42,935 bases of DNA from contig JADFDR010000001.1 of NCBI GenBank assembly GCA_018262735.1, forward strand, positions 1 to 42,935. Reading direction: 5' to 3'. The position numbers and the translations under genes are program-made. Positions 8,376-17,613 of the stretch are shown piece by piece; position 1 is the first letter of the stretch; every line of letters starts with the position of its first letter. The notes below the pieces were generated by a model, which ran no database searches, was not told the DNA's origin, and saw only the letters and a list, made by a program, of their open reading frames with translations. Source of the DNA: Geobacter sp. (GTDB taxonomy: Bacteria; Myxococcota_A; UBA9160; JADFDR01).

Positions 8376-9968
8376 TCAGCGCGTTTCGCGCTCTTTCAGG
8401 GCGTCGAGGAGTTTTTGCCAGATGTTGCCGAAGGCGCCGTTGCTCATGATGAGCACGACGTCGCCGGCCTTCAGCTCCGTGCGGAGTTGTTCGACGATGG
8501 CGTCGGGGCCGGGCAAGGCTTGGGCGGAAATGCCGCGCGCGGTGAGATCGGCGGCGAGCTGCGGCGCGGAGAAAAGCTCGGTCACTTCGCCGGTGGCGCT
8601 GTAGATCGGTTCATCGGGCACGATCGAAAGCAGCACGCGCGCCGCACCGTCGAAGGCTTGCGCGTAGGCTTCCTGAAACACTTTGCGGCGGCTCGTGTTG
8701 GTGCGCGGCTCGAACACCGTGACAATTTTTCGTGTCGGGAAGCGTTTGCGGAGCGAGTCGATCGTGACGCGCACCGCCGTCGGATGATGCGCGAAATCGT
8801 CGATCACGAGAACGCCGCCGACTTCGCCGCGCTCTTCTTGGCGACGCTTCACGCCGCGGTACACAAGCAGCGCATCGGCCGCGGCTTCGAGCGAAACGCC
8901 TTGCGTATAGAGCACGACCAAGGCCGCGAGCGTGTTTTCGAGATTGTGTGCGCCAAAGAGCGGCATCTTCAGCGTGCCAATCTCTTCGTCGTCACAAAAA
9001 AGTGTAAAGAAGGTGCCGTCTTCCTCGACGCAAATCTCCTGGGCGCGCCAAAAGGCTTTTTCTTGCTTCTGAAAGGTTTGCCCGGGAGACACGATGCGGT
9101 GTTGTGCGGCCAGCGACGCTTGTGCATCCGGCGCGGGCGCGGGCGGCACGATGCGGTGTTGTGCAACCAGCGACGTTTGTGCATCCGGCGCGGGCGACGT
9201 CGTTTGTGCAAGGCCGTAGCCGATCACGCGACACGGAGCGTTCGCCACCACGTCGCGCACGCCCGCGTGATCGAGCGCCGCGACGATCACGCCGTCTTTC
9301 GGCATCGATGCCACGAGGCGGCGGAACATCTCTTTCACGTGTTCAAGATCGCGATAGATATCGGCGTGATCGAACTCGACCGAGGTGATCACCAAACTGT
9401 GTGGGTGGTAATGCAAGAACTTCGGCGTCTTGTCGAAGAACGCCGTGTCGTATTCGTCGCCTTCGACGACGAAGTGCGGGCCCTTGCCTTCGCGAAAACT
9501 TCCGTCGAAATTCGCGGCGATGCCACCGACGAGAAGCCCCGGGTCTTGGCCGGTTTCAAGAAGCAGCGTTGCGATCAAACTCGTCACCGTGGTTTTGCCG
9601 TGCGTGCCCGAAACGACAATGGAATGTTTGCCGCGAATCGCGAGTTCATAGAGCGCATCGGGAAACGAGAGATAGCGATAGCCACCGTCGATCGCGGCGC
9701 GGGCTTCCGGGTTGTCGGCGCGCACGGCGTTGCCGATGACCACGAGATCGGGCTTCGTGTCCTTTGTATTCTGGTCTCCACCGACGAGATTTTCCGGGCG
9801 AAAGCCTTCGTGCACGGCGATGCCCCAGTTCGCAAGCGCGTCGCTCATCGGCGGATAGAGCTTTTTGTCCGAGCCCGTCACTGCAATGCCGCGCGCCTTC
9901 AAGAGACCGGCGAGCGCGCCCATGCCCGTGCCTCCGATCGCGATGAAGTGAACACGCTTCAGTGTCAT
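8376..9968 (-). CDS. mpl: Murein peptide ligase Mpl (MurC-like)
   Basis: HFIAIGGTGMG, YPPMS, SGTHGKTT, EGDEYDTAFFDKTPKF, DDFAHHPTA, FEPRTNT and MSNGAFG are Mpl-type motifs; ATG 9968 overlaps the upstream TGA. Confidence 0.9.
   Translation of the reverse strand: MTLKRVHFIAIGGTGMGALAGLLKARGIAVTGSDKKLYPPMSDALANWGIAVHEGFRPENLVGGDQNTKDTKPDLVVIGNAVRADNPEARAAIDGGYRYLSFPDALYELAIRGKHSIVVSGTHGKTTVTSLIATLLLETGQDPGLLVGGIAANFDGSFREGKGPHFVVEGDEYDTAFFDKTPKFLHYHPHSLVITSVEFDHADIYRDLEHVKEMFRRLVASMPKDGVIVAALDHAGVRDVVANAPCRVIGYGLAQTTSPAPDAQTSLVAQHRIVPPAPAPDAQASLAAQHRIVSPGQTFQKQEKAFWRAQEICVEEDGTFFTLFCDDEEIGTLKMPLFGAHNLENTLAALVVLYTQGVSLEAAADALLVYRGVKRRQEERGEVGGVLVIDDFAHHPTAVRVTIDSLRKRFPTRKIVTVFEPRTNTSRRKVFQEAYAQAFDGAARVLLSIVPDEPIYSATGEVTELFSAPQLAADLTARGISAQALPGPDAIVEQLRTELKAGDVVLIMSNGAFGNIWQKLLDALKERETR
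9090..9196. repeat. 57-bp tandem duplication inside mpl (in-frame, 19-aa unit PAPDAQxSLxAQHRIV)
   Basis: cacgatgcggtgttgtgc..ccagcgacg.ttgtgcatccggcgcgggcg at 9090 and again at 9147. Confidence 0.9.
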
Positions 9969-11188
9969 TCGGAATCTTCGCTCAAAAAAGCTTCGAGGAT
10001 GAGATCGTGAATTTTGGGGCGGAGCCCGAAGTGGCTCTTTTTGGCGACGAGATGCACGCGATTCGTGAGCATCACGACGATCGATTCGCGCTTGAGATCG
10101 ATCCAGAGCGAAGTGCCCGTAAAGCCGAGATGCCCGACGGAATTTGCGCTGAAGTACTGCCCCGACGACGAAGCGCCCGGCGTCGGCGTATCCCAACCGA
10201 GCGCCCAATCCGACTCGGGTGGCATGCCTTGCCGCGTCAAAAATTGGTGTAACAAATATTTGGGTAATGCGTCGCTACGCCCGTGCCACACGTCGACGAT
10301 CGTTTGCGCAAAGCGCATCACATCATCGACCGGCGCAAACAAACCGGCATGCCCCGCCACACCACCCATCGCCGAGGCGTTCGGATCGTGCACTTCACCC
10401 CAGAGAATGCGATCGCGCCACGGGCAATTTTCCGTCGCTGCCACGCGGCGACGCTCGGGCTCGACGAGGCCGATGCCTGCTTCGTTCAAGCGAATGAAGC
10501 GCGTGTTCTTGAGGCCAAGCGGTTCGAAAATGCGACGCGCGCAAAACGAATCGAACGGCTCTTGGGCGACGGCTTCGACGAGCGCGCCGAGCGTGATGAA
10601 ATCGAGATCGGCATACACCGCCGCTGCACCTGGCTGATGCACGAGACCGGCAGAAAAAATCCGCTCGAGTACCCAGTCTTTGGCTTGCGGCGTCCAGATC
10701 ATCCGCTCGCCTTTTTTCTTTTCGCGCTCGAGCATTTCTTCGTGAAATGCGCGCCACGGTTTCATGCCCGACGAATGCGTGAGCAAATGGCGAATCGTGA
10801 CGGCTTCTTTTTCGCGCACCGCAAACGCCGGCAAATGTTTGGCGACCGGATCGTCGAGCGCAATCAAACCGTCGTGCACGAGCCAAAGGATGGCCGTCGT
10901 CGTCGCGATCGGTTTCGTGAGCGAAGCGAGATCGAAGATCGTCTCGCGCGTCATCGCCACGCGCTCGGGTCGCATCACGGCAAGCCCGCGCACCGAGAGA
11001 TGTTCGAACATCTCGCGTCCCTGCCCGTCGAGATGCGAGGCACTTTCTTCCGACGGTGCGTCTTCCTTGCATGCGGGACGCGGCATTCGCGCAAGCACCA
11101 CTGCACCCGGAATCTCTGCGGCTTCGATCGCCTTGTCGAGCGCTGGATCAACACGCGCAAGTTTCTTCTGCACCGAACTCTGCTTCAT
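9965..11188 (-). CDS. Beta-lactamase-fold serine hydrolase (class C/AmiE-like)
   Basis: SxxK motif FDLASLTK, LLTHSSG, YADLDF, GEVHDPNA..MGGVAGHAGLF, GHLGFTG; no signal peptide evident. Confidence 0.85.
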   Translation of the reverse strand: MKQSSVQKKLARVDPALDKAIEAAEIPGAVVLARMPRPACKEDAPSEESASHLDGQGREMFEHLSVRGLAVMRPERVAMTRETIFDLASLTKPIATTTAILWLVHDGLIALDDPVAKHLPAFAVREKEAVTIRHLLTHSSGMKPWRAFHEEMLEREKKKGERMIWTPQAKDWVLERIFSAGLVHQPGAAAVYADLDFITLGALVEAVAQEPFDSFCARRIFEPLGLKNTRFIRLNEAGIGLVEPERRRVAATENCPWRDRILWGEVHDPNASAMGGVAGHAGLFAPVDDVMRFAQTIVDVWHGRSDALPKYLLHQFLTRQGMPPESDWALGWDTPTPGASSSGQYFSANSVGHLGFTGTSLWIDLKRESIVVMLTNRVHLVAKKSHFGLRPKIHDLILEAFLSEDSE

Positions 11189-11189
11189 C

Positions 11190-12101
11190 TCAAACGACAC
11201 CCTGTTCCAAAATCGAAACTTTTTTGTGTTGACCGTCGACCGCGCCGCACACGCCATACGCCCACGGCAGATTGTGCTTGGCGTGCCCGAACGAAAGCCC
11301 TATCACCCACGGAATCTTGAGCGACTCGCAAACTTCGCGCACCACGGCTTCTGCCGTCGGTGAGGGATAGCGTGGATCTTCGCAAGCCGTGAGCGAGCCG
11401 CAAGCAATTCCGGCAAGACCTTCGAGTTTTTTTGCGGCCGCGAGCTGCTGCAACATCCGATCGATGCGATACGGACGCTCGCCGACTTCTTCGAAGAGCA
11501 AAATCGCGCCGCGTGTGTCGATCTCCCACGGCGTGCCGAGGCTCGCCACGATCAAACTGAGTGAGCCACCGACGAGCGGGCCTTCTGCACGCCCGCCTCC
11601 ACCGACGCTGCCTGCGAGCGAAGCCAGTGCTGCGGGTTTGCCCATCAAAAGCGCGAGCGACGCGGTCAACTCTTCGTCGGTCAAATCTTCGCCGCGTTCG
11701 AGCATCGGACCATGAAAGCCGACAAGCCCCGCACAAGCGCGCTGCCAGAGAAGCAGCGTCGTCGCGTCGCTGTAGCCGATCAGTGGCTTTGCGGCGGCGC
11801 GCACAATCGCAGCGTCGAGCTTCGCGAGAATACGCATCGAACCATAACCACCTCGCGCGCAAAGAATGGCATCGACGCGCTCGTCGCAAACAAACTGCAT
11901 GAACTCTTCGGCGCGCCGCGCATCGTCGCCCGCGAGATAGCCGCAGCAATCCGTGAGATCGTCGCGGCGCAGCGTGCGAAAACCTGCCGCTTGCAACTTG
12001 GCTTCTCCGGAAGCGACACATTTTTGATTCACTGGCCCTGCCGGTGCGATGATTCCGATCGTGCCACCCTCGGGCAAGGCTTTGGGTTTGCGAAGTTCCA
12101 T
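11190..12101 (-). CDS. ldcA: LD-carboxypeptidase (peptidase S66)
   Basis: IAPAG, ARGGYG, nucleophile GYSDAT, FHGPM, LFEEVGE.PYRIDRML, SFGH. Confidence 0.9.
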   Translation of the reverse strand: MELRKPKALPEGGTIGIIAPAGPVNQKCVASGEAKLQAAGFRTLRRDDLTDCCGYLAGDDARRAEEFMQFVCDERVDAILCARGGYGSMRILAKLDAAIVRAAAKPLIGYSDATTLLLWQRACAGLVGFHGPMLERGEDLTDEELTASLALLMGKPAALASLAGSVGGGGRAEGPLVGGSLSLIVASLGTPWEIDTRGAILLFEEVGERPYRIDRMLQQLAAAKKLEGLAGIACGSLTACEDPRYPSPTAEAVVREVCESLKIPWVIGLSFGHAKHNLPWAYGVCGAVDGQHKKVSILEQGVV

Positions 12102-12104
12102 CGC

Positions 12105-13553
12105 CTAGAACGGCTCGAGATCGTCGTCGGGATAGCCCGGCGGACCCGCAAAGGAAGCCTCTCGATGCGACGCTTCTTCCGCACGCTCGGAAAGATTTCC
12201 AAACAAAGAGTATTGACCTTGAAAACTCAACTTCACCGTGCCCGTCGGGCCGTTGCGCTGCTTGGCGATGATGAGCTCGGCCTTGCCGACGTCTTCGCTT
12301 TCTTTGTTGTAGAACTCGTCGCGATAGATGAAGCAAACCACGTCGGCATCTTGTTCGATGGCACCCGAGTCGCGCAGATCGCCCATCATCGGGCGACGCT
12401 TATCGGGATCGCGCTGCTCGGGACCGCGATTGAGCTGCGAAAGCGCGATCACAGGAATGTGTAACTCTTTGGCCAGCCCCTTGAGCCCGGCGCTGATTTC
12501 GGCGATTTCGAGATCCTTGCGCTCCGAACGCCGCTCGCCGTGCGCGAGCTGCAAATAATCGAGCACCACGAGATCAAGCCCGTGCTCGGCCGCGCGCCGC
12601 CGCGCTTTGGCGCGAATTTCGAGGATCGAAAGACCGCCGGTTTCGTCGATGGAAATCGGCGCTTCGGAAAGCACAGTGGCTGCCTCGGACAAACGTCGAT
12701 AGTCGCTCATCGGAATGATGCCGCGGCGAAACATCGAAGCGTCGATGCGCGCTTCCGACGAAAGCAGGCGCAAGATCAACGATTGCGTGGTCATTTCCAT
12801 CGAGAACACCGCGACGCGTTTGCTGTGCTCGACAGCGGCATGACGCGCGATGTTGAGCGCAAGCGCGGTTTTGCCCATGCTCGGGCGCGCCGCCAAAATC
12901 ACCAACTCGCCGGCCTGCAAACCGCCCGTCATCTCGTCGAAACTTTTGAAGCCCGTCGGAATGCCGGTGAGCGAGCCCGCGCGCTGCATCAGCTTTTCGA
13001 TGTGATCGAAGGTCGCCGGCATCTCCTTGCTCAAGCTCGTAAAATCGCTGCGGCCTTTTTGCTGACTGAGACTAAAAATTTTCGACTCGGCCATGTCGAG
13101 CAAGCTGTGCGCTTCGTCGTCTTGATTGAACGAATTTTCGACGATCTCCGACGCCACCGAGATCAGCGCGCGCTTCACGGATTTGTCGTGGACGATTTTG
13201 GCGTGATGCACGACGTTGGCGCTCGTCGCGGCGTAATCGGCAAGCTCGGCAAGAAACACCGGGCCACCGACGGAATCGAGCGTTTTTGCCGTGTTGAGCG
13301 AATCGGAAAGCGTGTGCAGATCGACCGGCTGGTTCGCGTCTTTCAGCGCCACCATCGCCGCGAAAATCGTCTGATGCGCCGGATGATAGAAATCCGTGTC
13401 ACGAACTTCGTTCAAAATCCGGTACAGCGCATCGTTGTCGAGCAGGATCGCCGAAAGCACTGCCTTTTCCGCTTCGAGATTGTGCGGCGGAACGCGGCCC
13501 ACGAAGGCCGCATCGGCGTTACGCTTTTTGGTGTTGTCTCGCTCCCGCGCCAA
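12105..13553 (-). CDS. dnaB: Replicative DNA helicase
   Basis: PPHNLEAE, AARPSMGKT, DYLQL, LSQLNR, DLRDSGAIEQDAD, KQRNGPTG; normal length, no intein. Confidence 0.97.
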   Translation of the reverse strand: MARERDNTKKRNADAAFVGRVPPHNLEAEKAVLSAILLDNDALYRILNEVRDTDFYHPAHQTIFAAMVALKDANQPVDLHTLSDSLNTAKTLDSVGGPVFLAELADYAATSANVVHHAKIVHDKSVKRALISVASEIVENSFNQDDEAHSLLDMAESKIFSLSQQKGRSDFTSLSKEMPATFDHIEKLMQRAGSLTGIPTGFKSFDEMTGGLQAGELVILAARPSMGKTALALNIARHAAVEHSKRVAVFSMEMTTQSLILRLLSSEARIDASMFRRGIIPMSDYRRLSEAATVLSEAPISIDETGGLSILEIRAKARRRAAEHGLDLVVLDYLQLAHGERRSERKDLEIAEISAGLKGLAKELHIPVIALSQLNRGPEQRDPDKRRPMMGDLRDSGAIEQDADVVCFIYRDEFYNKESEDVGKAELIIAKQRNGPTGTVKLSFQGQYSLFGNLSERAEEASHREASFAGPPGYPDDDLEPF

Positions 13554-13609
13554 CGCGATTTCCCCCGTTTACGAGAAGAGCCTCGCCGACTTCAGGATGC
13601 CTCGAACGA

Positions 13610-14071
13610 TCAGGCGGCCGCAACAACCTTGACGACGACTTTCGCCATGACTTCTTTGCCGAGACGAATCGCGACCTTGTGCTCGCCAATTTCTTTGATG
13701 GGGTCTTCGAGTGCGACTTTCCGACGGTCCACGGGGACGTTCAGCTTCGCACTGAGCAACTCCGCAATCGCCGTCGCCGTCACCGAACCAAAGAGTTTGC
13801 CCTCTTCGCCGGCCTGCGCCTCGATCGTGAGATCGAGCCCTTGAATTTTGTCGCGCAAATGCACGAGTTCTTTGTGCAAACGCGCCATCTTCGTGGCAAT
13901 CACTTGCTTGTGATGCTCGATCTCGTTGACCTTGCTGCGCGTGGCAAGCACGGCTTGCTTGCGCGGCAAAAGAAAATTGCGCGCATAGCCCGCTCGCACG
14001 CGCACGATTTCGCCAGCGCTCCCGAGATTGTGTACGTCTTCCGTCAAGATGACCTGCAAATGCTGGCTCAT
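13610..14071 (-). CDS. rplI: 50S ribosomal protein L9
   Basis: VILTEDVHNLG..G..V.V..GYARNFLLP, GKLFGSVT, IKEIGEH. Confidence 0.97.
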   Translation of the reverse strand: MSQHLQVILTEDVHNLGSAGEIVRVRAGYARNFLLPRKQAVLATRSKVNEIEHHKQVIATKMARLHKELVHLRDKIQGLDLTIEAQAGEEGKLFGSVTATAIAELLSAKLNVPVDRRKVALEDPIKEIGEHKVAIRLGKEVMAKVVVKVVAAA

Positions 14072-14089
14072 CGTCGATCTCCTTTTTCG

Positions 14090-14695
14090 TTAGAGCCCTG
14101 AAGTCACGAAGGGCAAGAGCGCCAAGTGCCGCGCGCGCTTGATCGCGGTGCTGAGTTCGCGCTGATGCTTCGCGCAATTTCCAGAAACGCGGCTCGGGAT
14201 CATCTTGCCGGTCTCCGTCACGAAGAAGCGAATCGCCTTGGTGTCTTTGTAATCAATCAAAATTTTCGAGTCGGCGCAGAAGCGGCAAACTTTGCGACGA
14301 TTGAACATGCCTTTGGTCTTCTTGCGCGCCTTCTTGCGGAACTTCGCGCGCAAGCGCCCTTTCGCCGTCATCGGTGCACGTTCACGGCGGTCGAAGCGAT
14401 CGCCACCGCGATCTCCTCCGCGATCTCCTCTATCACCACCACGGTCGAAGCGATCGCCACCGCGATCTCCTCCGCGATCTCCTCTATCACCACCACGGTC
14501 TCCACCGCGGTCGCCGCGATCTCCACCGCGGTCTGCACTGCGGTCTCCACCACGGTCGAAGCGGTCGCCACCGCGATCTGCACTGCGATCACCGCCGCGA
14601 TCTGCACTGCGGTCTCCACCGCGATCTGCACGTTCGGTTCGTTCCGGGCGCTCCGCGCGCGCCGGTCGTTCACTGCGTTCCGGTCGTTCTACCAT
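14090..14695 (-). CDS. rpsR: 30S ribosomal protein S18 (zinc-binding type) with a long N-terminal RGGD-repeat extension
   Basis: C-terminal [13 protein letters not shown]...[39 protein letters not shown] before ATG 14695. Confidence 0.95.
   Translation of the reverse strand: MVERPERSERPARAERPERTERADRGGDRSADRGGDRSADRGGDRFDRGGDRSADRGGDRGDRGGDRGGDRGDRGGDRGGDRFDRGGDRGDRGGDRGGDRFDRRERAPMTAKGRLRAKFRKKARKKTKGMFNRRKVCRFCADSKILIDYKDTKAIRFFVTETGKMIPSRVSGNCAKHQRELSTAIKRARHLALLPFVTSGL
14388..14690. repeat. Coding low-complexity repeat array ([14 protein letters not shown] units) containing an exact 54-bp tandem duplication
   Basis: Unit cggtcgaagcgatcgccaccgcgatctcctccgcgatctcctctatcaccacca at 14388 and 14442, followed by degenerate short units. 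Confidence 0.9.
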
Positions 14696-14712
14696 CGTTC
14701 TTCTCCCTTCCC

Positions 14713-15219
14713 TTACTCTGCGTCCGCTTCGTCGGAATCGGCGTCATCAAGAGCATCGGGATCGATTTCATCTTCACCAAAGCCAGCACCACCCAAGACG
14801 AGACTCTCTTCGGTATCGAGGCGTTGGCGCTCCTCTTCCTCGCGAGCAGCCTTGTCGGCGGCGCGGCGTTCACGCTGCACGCGCTCTTGTTCGGCGGCTT
14901 CGACTTTGCGCGCTTCGATGTCGAGGACTTCGTCTTTCGCTTGCACCGTCAAGAAACGCAAAATCGATTCTTCGATGCGCAGCGCATACTCGAGCTCGCG
15001 CACGGCAGCACCGTTGTCAAGATAGAGCAGGCTCAGATAGTGGCCTTTTTGGAATTTGCGGATCTCGTAAGCAAGGCGACGCTTGCCCCAGTCGTCGAGC
15101 ATGAGTCGCGTCGCGCCGTAGCGCGCGAGCACTTGATCGAACTTCTGGCAAAGGGCCTCGCGGCCTTCTTCGCTGATTTCCGGCTGAACGATAAAAGTAG
15201 TTTCGTATTCCCGTATCAC
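14713..15219 (-). CDS. rpsF: 30S ribosomal protein S6 with an acidic C-terminal tail
   Basis: GTG 15219 after [42 protein letters not shown]. Confidence 0.95.
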   Translation of the reverse strand: MIREYETTFIVQPEISEEGREALCQKFDQVLARYGATRLMLDDWGKRRLAYEIRKFQKGHYLSLLYLDNGAAVRELEYALRIEESILRFLTVQAKDEVLDIEARKVEAAEQERVQRERRAADKAAREEEERQRLDTEESLVLGGAGFGEDEIDPDALDDADSDEADAE

Positions 15220-15755
15220 GTTTTCTCCTCCCGGACTAACGCCTTCGCCTCGAATTCGCTCCGAAACAAACTTCGGAAGCGACTTCGCGTCGAGCACGTC
15301 AGAGCTCTTACACACCTTTGCGTCATGAGTTGAACTCGGGCCACGGGAAGTAGCCGACGCCGGCAAGAACTGAGGTTGGTATTTGGTTTTTCTCAAACCC
15401 GCGATCGACCTTGCGCCGGTGCGGCTTGAGGCGCGAATGGATACCACAGCCTCCCCATCTGGCCAATGCCGATTTTGCATCTTCCGCGAGTCGCCTCGAA
15501 CGCTTTGCGCGACAGCCCAAAATCCCTCCGTGCGTGGTCCCGATCGCCAAAACAGCCTTGCCGCCAAAAACGCAGGAACCCCCCGCCTCGGGGAATATCC
15601 GTGCCATGCAAGCTGCGCGGGGCGATCCCAAACCCGAAAACGCTTCCAGCCAAACTCGACCTCCGGAGGTGCAACGCAAACTGCGCGGGCTTCTTCCAAA
15701 ATCGGAGGCTTTCGAACGAAAACGCTGGCACGCCGAGGCAACGAGTCGCGGAGGC

Positions 15756-16385
15756 TTATTCCCGAATCGCTGCGACGAGTGCGGCGTGAACGCGGAGATC
15801 GTCGGTGAGTTCGGGATGAAAGGTGGTGGCGAGGATTTTTCCGTCGCGCACGAAGACGGGCTCGCCTCCGACGCGCGCGAGCACTTCGACGCCCGCGCCA
15901 AGCGTCGCGAGCTTCGGGGCGCGGATGAAGACGCAGCGCATCCCCTCGAAGCCCGGGGCACAACCGGGATCGACGAGCTGGGCAAACGAATCGACTTGCG
16001 TGCCGTAGGCGTTGCGCAGCGCGACGGCGTCGACGAGGCCAAGCGTGGGAACGGGGTGATTTTCGGCGCTGCGGCAAAGCAGGATCGCGCCGGCGCAAGT
16101 GCCGAGAATCGGGTGGCCGGCGGCCGCGAACTCGTGAATCGGTTTGACGAGTTCTTCGCGTGCAAGCCCCTTCGAGATCGTCGTGCTTTCGCCGCCAGGC
16201 AAAATGAGAGCGCTGAGCCCGTCGAGATCCTGCACCTTTCGCACAGCGCGACCGACGACGGCACGGCCGCGCAAGCTTGCGTCGCGCACTTCGCCGAGCG
16301 CGCGCAGCATTTTCAAATGCGCTTCGAAATCGCCTTGGATCGCGAGCACACCGACAATCCAGGAATGTGAACTCGACGGAGACAT
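15756..16385 (-). CDS. pdxT: PLP synthase glutaminase subunit
   Basis: GVLAIQGDF..H, LPGGEST, GTCAGAILL, RNAYG.QVDSF, FIRAP, FHPELT; exact start uncertain. Confidence 0.95.
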   Translation of the reverse strand: MSPSSSHSWIVGVLAIQGDFEAHLKMLRALGEVRDASLRGRAVVGRAVRKVQDLDGLSALILPGGESTTISKGLAREELVKPIHEFAAAGHPILGTCAGAILLCRSAENHPVPTLGLVDAVALRNAYGTQVDSFAQLVDPGCAPGFEGMRCVFIRAPKLATLGAGVEVLARVGGEPVFVRDGKILATTFHPELTDDLRVHAALVAAIRE

Positions 16386-16586
16386 GGCTCACTCATTCCG
16401 TGACACTTTTTGGGGTTAAAAAAAACGGGCACGACACGCGGAAAACCAAATCGCGACCACGAAAATCACTCGCTCCACACGCGGAGGCTGAAGTTGTACC
16501 GACGGTGCCTTGTGCGTAGCGTTGATTTGAAAGGGATCGACACACCCCGCGCACGGTTCTTTCGCGCCGACTCCGCCTAGCCGCCT

Positions 16587-16686
16587 GCTCCGCCTACCCA
16601 CCGCGATTTGCGAGTTCTGCATTCGCGCCGAGGGCGATCACGACGCGGACGCCCTCCGGCTCTGCCTACCAACCGCGATTGGCGAG
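16587..16686. repeat. Direct repeat (28 bp, 25/28 identical) duplicating the pdxS 3' end, with a GC hairpin between the copies
   Basis: gctccgcctacccaccgcgatttgcgag (16587-16614) vs gctctgcctaccaaccgcgattggcgag (16659-16686); hairpin gccgagggcg...cgccctccggc at 16627-16660. Confidence 0.75.
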
Positions 16687-17613
16687 GCGTTCGTGCTCGG
16701 CAAGCGTCTTCATTTCGATGCCTTCCATCGCACGACCAAGGCCACGGCAGGCTTTCAACACTTCGCCGGGATCTTGCCAATGCGTGGTCGCATGCACGAC
16801 GGCGCGAGCACGCGTTTCGGGATCTTCGCTCTTGAAAATTCCCGAGCCGACGAAAACTGCTTCAGCGCCGAGCGCCATACACAACGCAGCGTCAGGCGGC
16901 GTCGCAATGCCACCAGCCGCAAAATTCGGCACCGGCAAGCGACCGTGTGCAGCCACAAAACGTACGAGATCGATCGGCGCGCGAAGCTCCTTGGCGCGCG
17001 ATGCAAGTTCTTCCGGACGCAGCGTCGTGAGCGCACGAATTTCGCCCACCACCGAGCGCAAGTGCCGCACCGCCTCGACGATGTTGCCGCTGCCCGCTTC
17101 ACCCTTGGTGCGAATCATCGCCGCGCCTTCGCCAATACGACGCAAGGCTTCGCCGAGATCCGTCGCGCCGCAGACGAAAGGAGTTTTGAAATCGTTCTTG
17201 TCGACGTGATACGCCTCGTCGGCGGGCGTGAGCACTTCGCTTTCGTCGATGAAATCGACACCGAGACTTTCGAGCACGCGCGCTTCGAGAAAGTGGCCAA
17301 TGCGCACCTTCGCCATCACCGGAATCGACACCGAATCTTGAATGCCCGCGATCACTTCGATCGAACACATTCTTGCGACACCGCCATCGCGTCGTATATC
17401 CGACGGAACGCGCTCAAGCGCCATCACCGCGGACGCACCCGCCTGCTCGGCGATCTTCGCTTGCTCGGGCGTGGTCACGTCCATGATCACGCCGCCCTTG
17501 AGCATTTCCGCAAGCCCGACTTTGATCTCGAACGCCTGCGCCGAAGTGCGCGCGCCGTCACTGCCTTTGGCTTTTTCCACAGCGGTTTGCGTTGCATTTT
17601 TTGTCTTCGTCAT
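16666..17613 (-). CDS. pdxS: PLP synthase lyase subunit
   Basis: [54 protein letters not shown]-terminal RGW. Confidence 0.98.
   Translation of the reverse strand: MTKTKNATQTAVEKAKGSDGARTSAQAFEIKVGLAEMLKGGVIMDVTTPEQAKIAEQAGASAVMALERVPSDIRRDGGVARMCSIEVIAGIQDSVSIPVMAKVRIGHFLEARVLESLGVDFIDESEVLTPADEAYHVDKNDFKTPFVCGATDLGEALRRIGEGAAMIRTKGEAGSGNIVEAVRHLRSVVGEIRALTTLRPEELASRAKELRAPIDLVRFVAAHGRLPVPNFAAGGIATPPDAALCMALGAEAVFVGSGIFKSEDPETRARAVVHATTHWQDPGEVLKACRGLGRAMEGIEMKTLAEHERLANRGW

Noticed and set aside
8361..10010. Long antisense ORFs (also 12540-13844, 18596-19939, 29023-30771, 31753-33027, 34354-35640, 35770-36930)
   Set aside because: They mirror well-supported genes on the opposite strand, as expected in GC-rich DNA, and show no recognisable motifs.
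12105..13553. Inteins in dnaB (and in recA at 35737-36828)
   Set aside because: Both proteins have normal length and uninterrupted motifs.
14388..14690. Short repeated units resembling a CRISPR array
   Set aside because: Units are contiguous codon-multiple repeats inside rpsR with no unique spacers, and no cas genes are present.
14713..16392. 559-aa ORF suggesting a giant S6 fusion
   Set aside because: The upstream part is an alternative frame over pdxT and intergenic DNA; a strong RBS and GTG at 15219 define normal rpsF.
16420..16560. Possible SRP/6S RNA or riboswitch between pdxS and pdxT
   Set aside because: I could not find the SRP GGAA-loop motif, a 6S-like long duplex or any known aptamer consensus.
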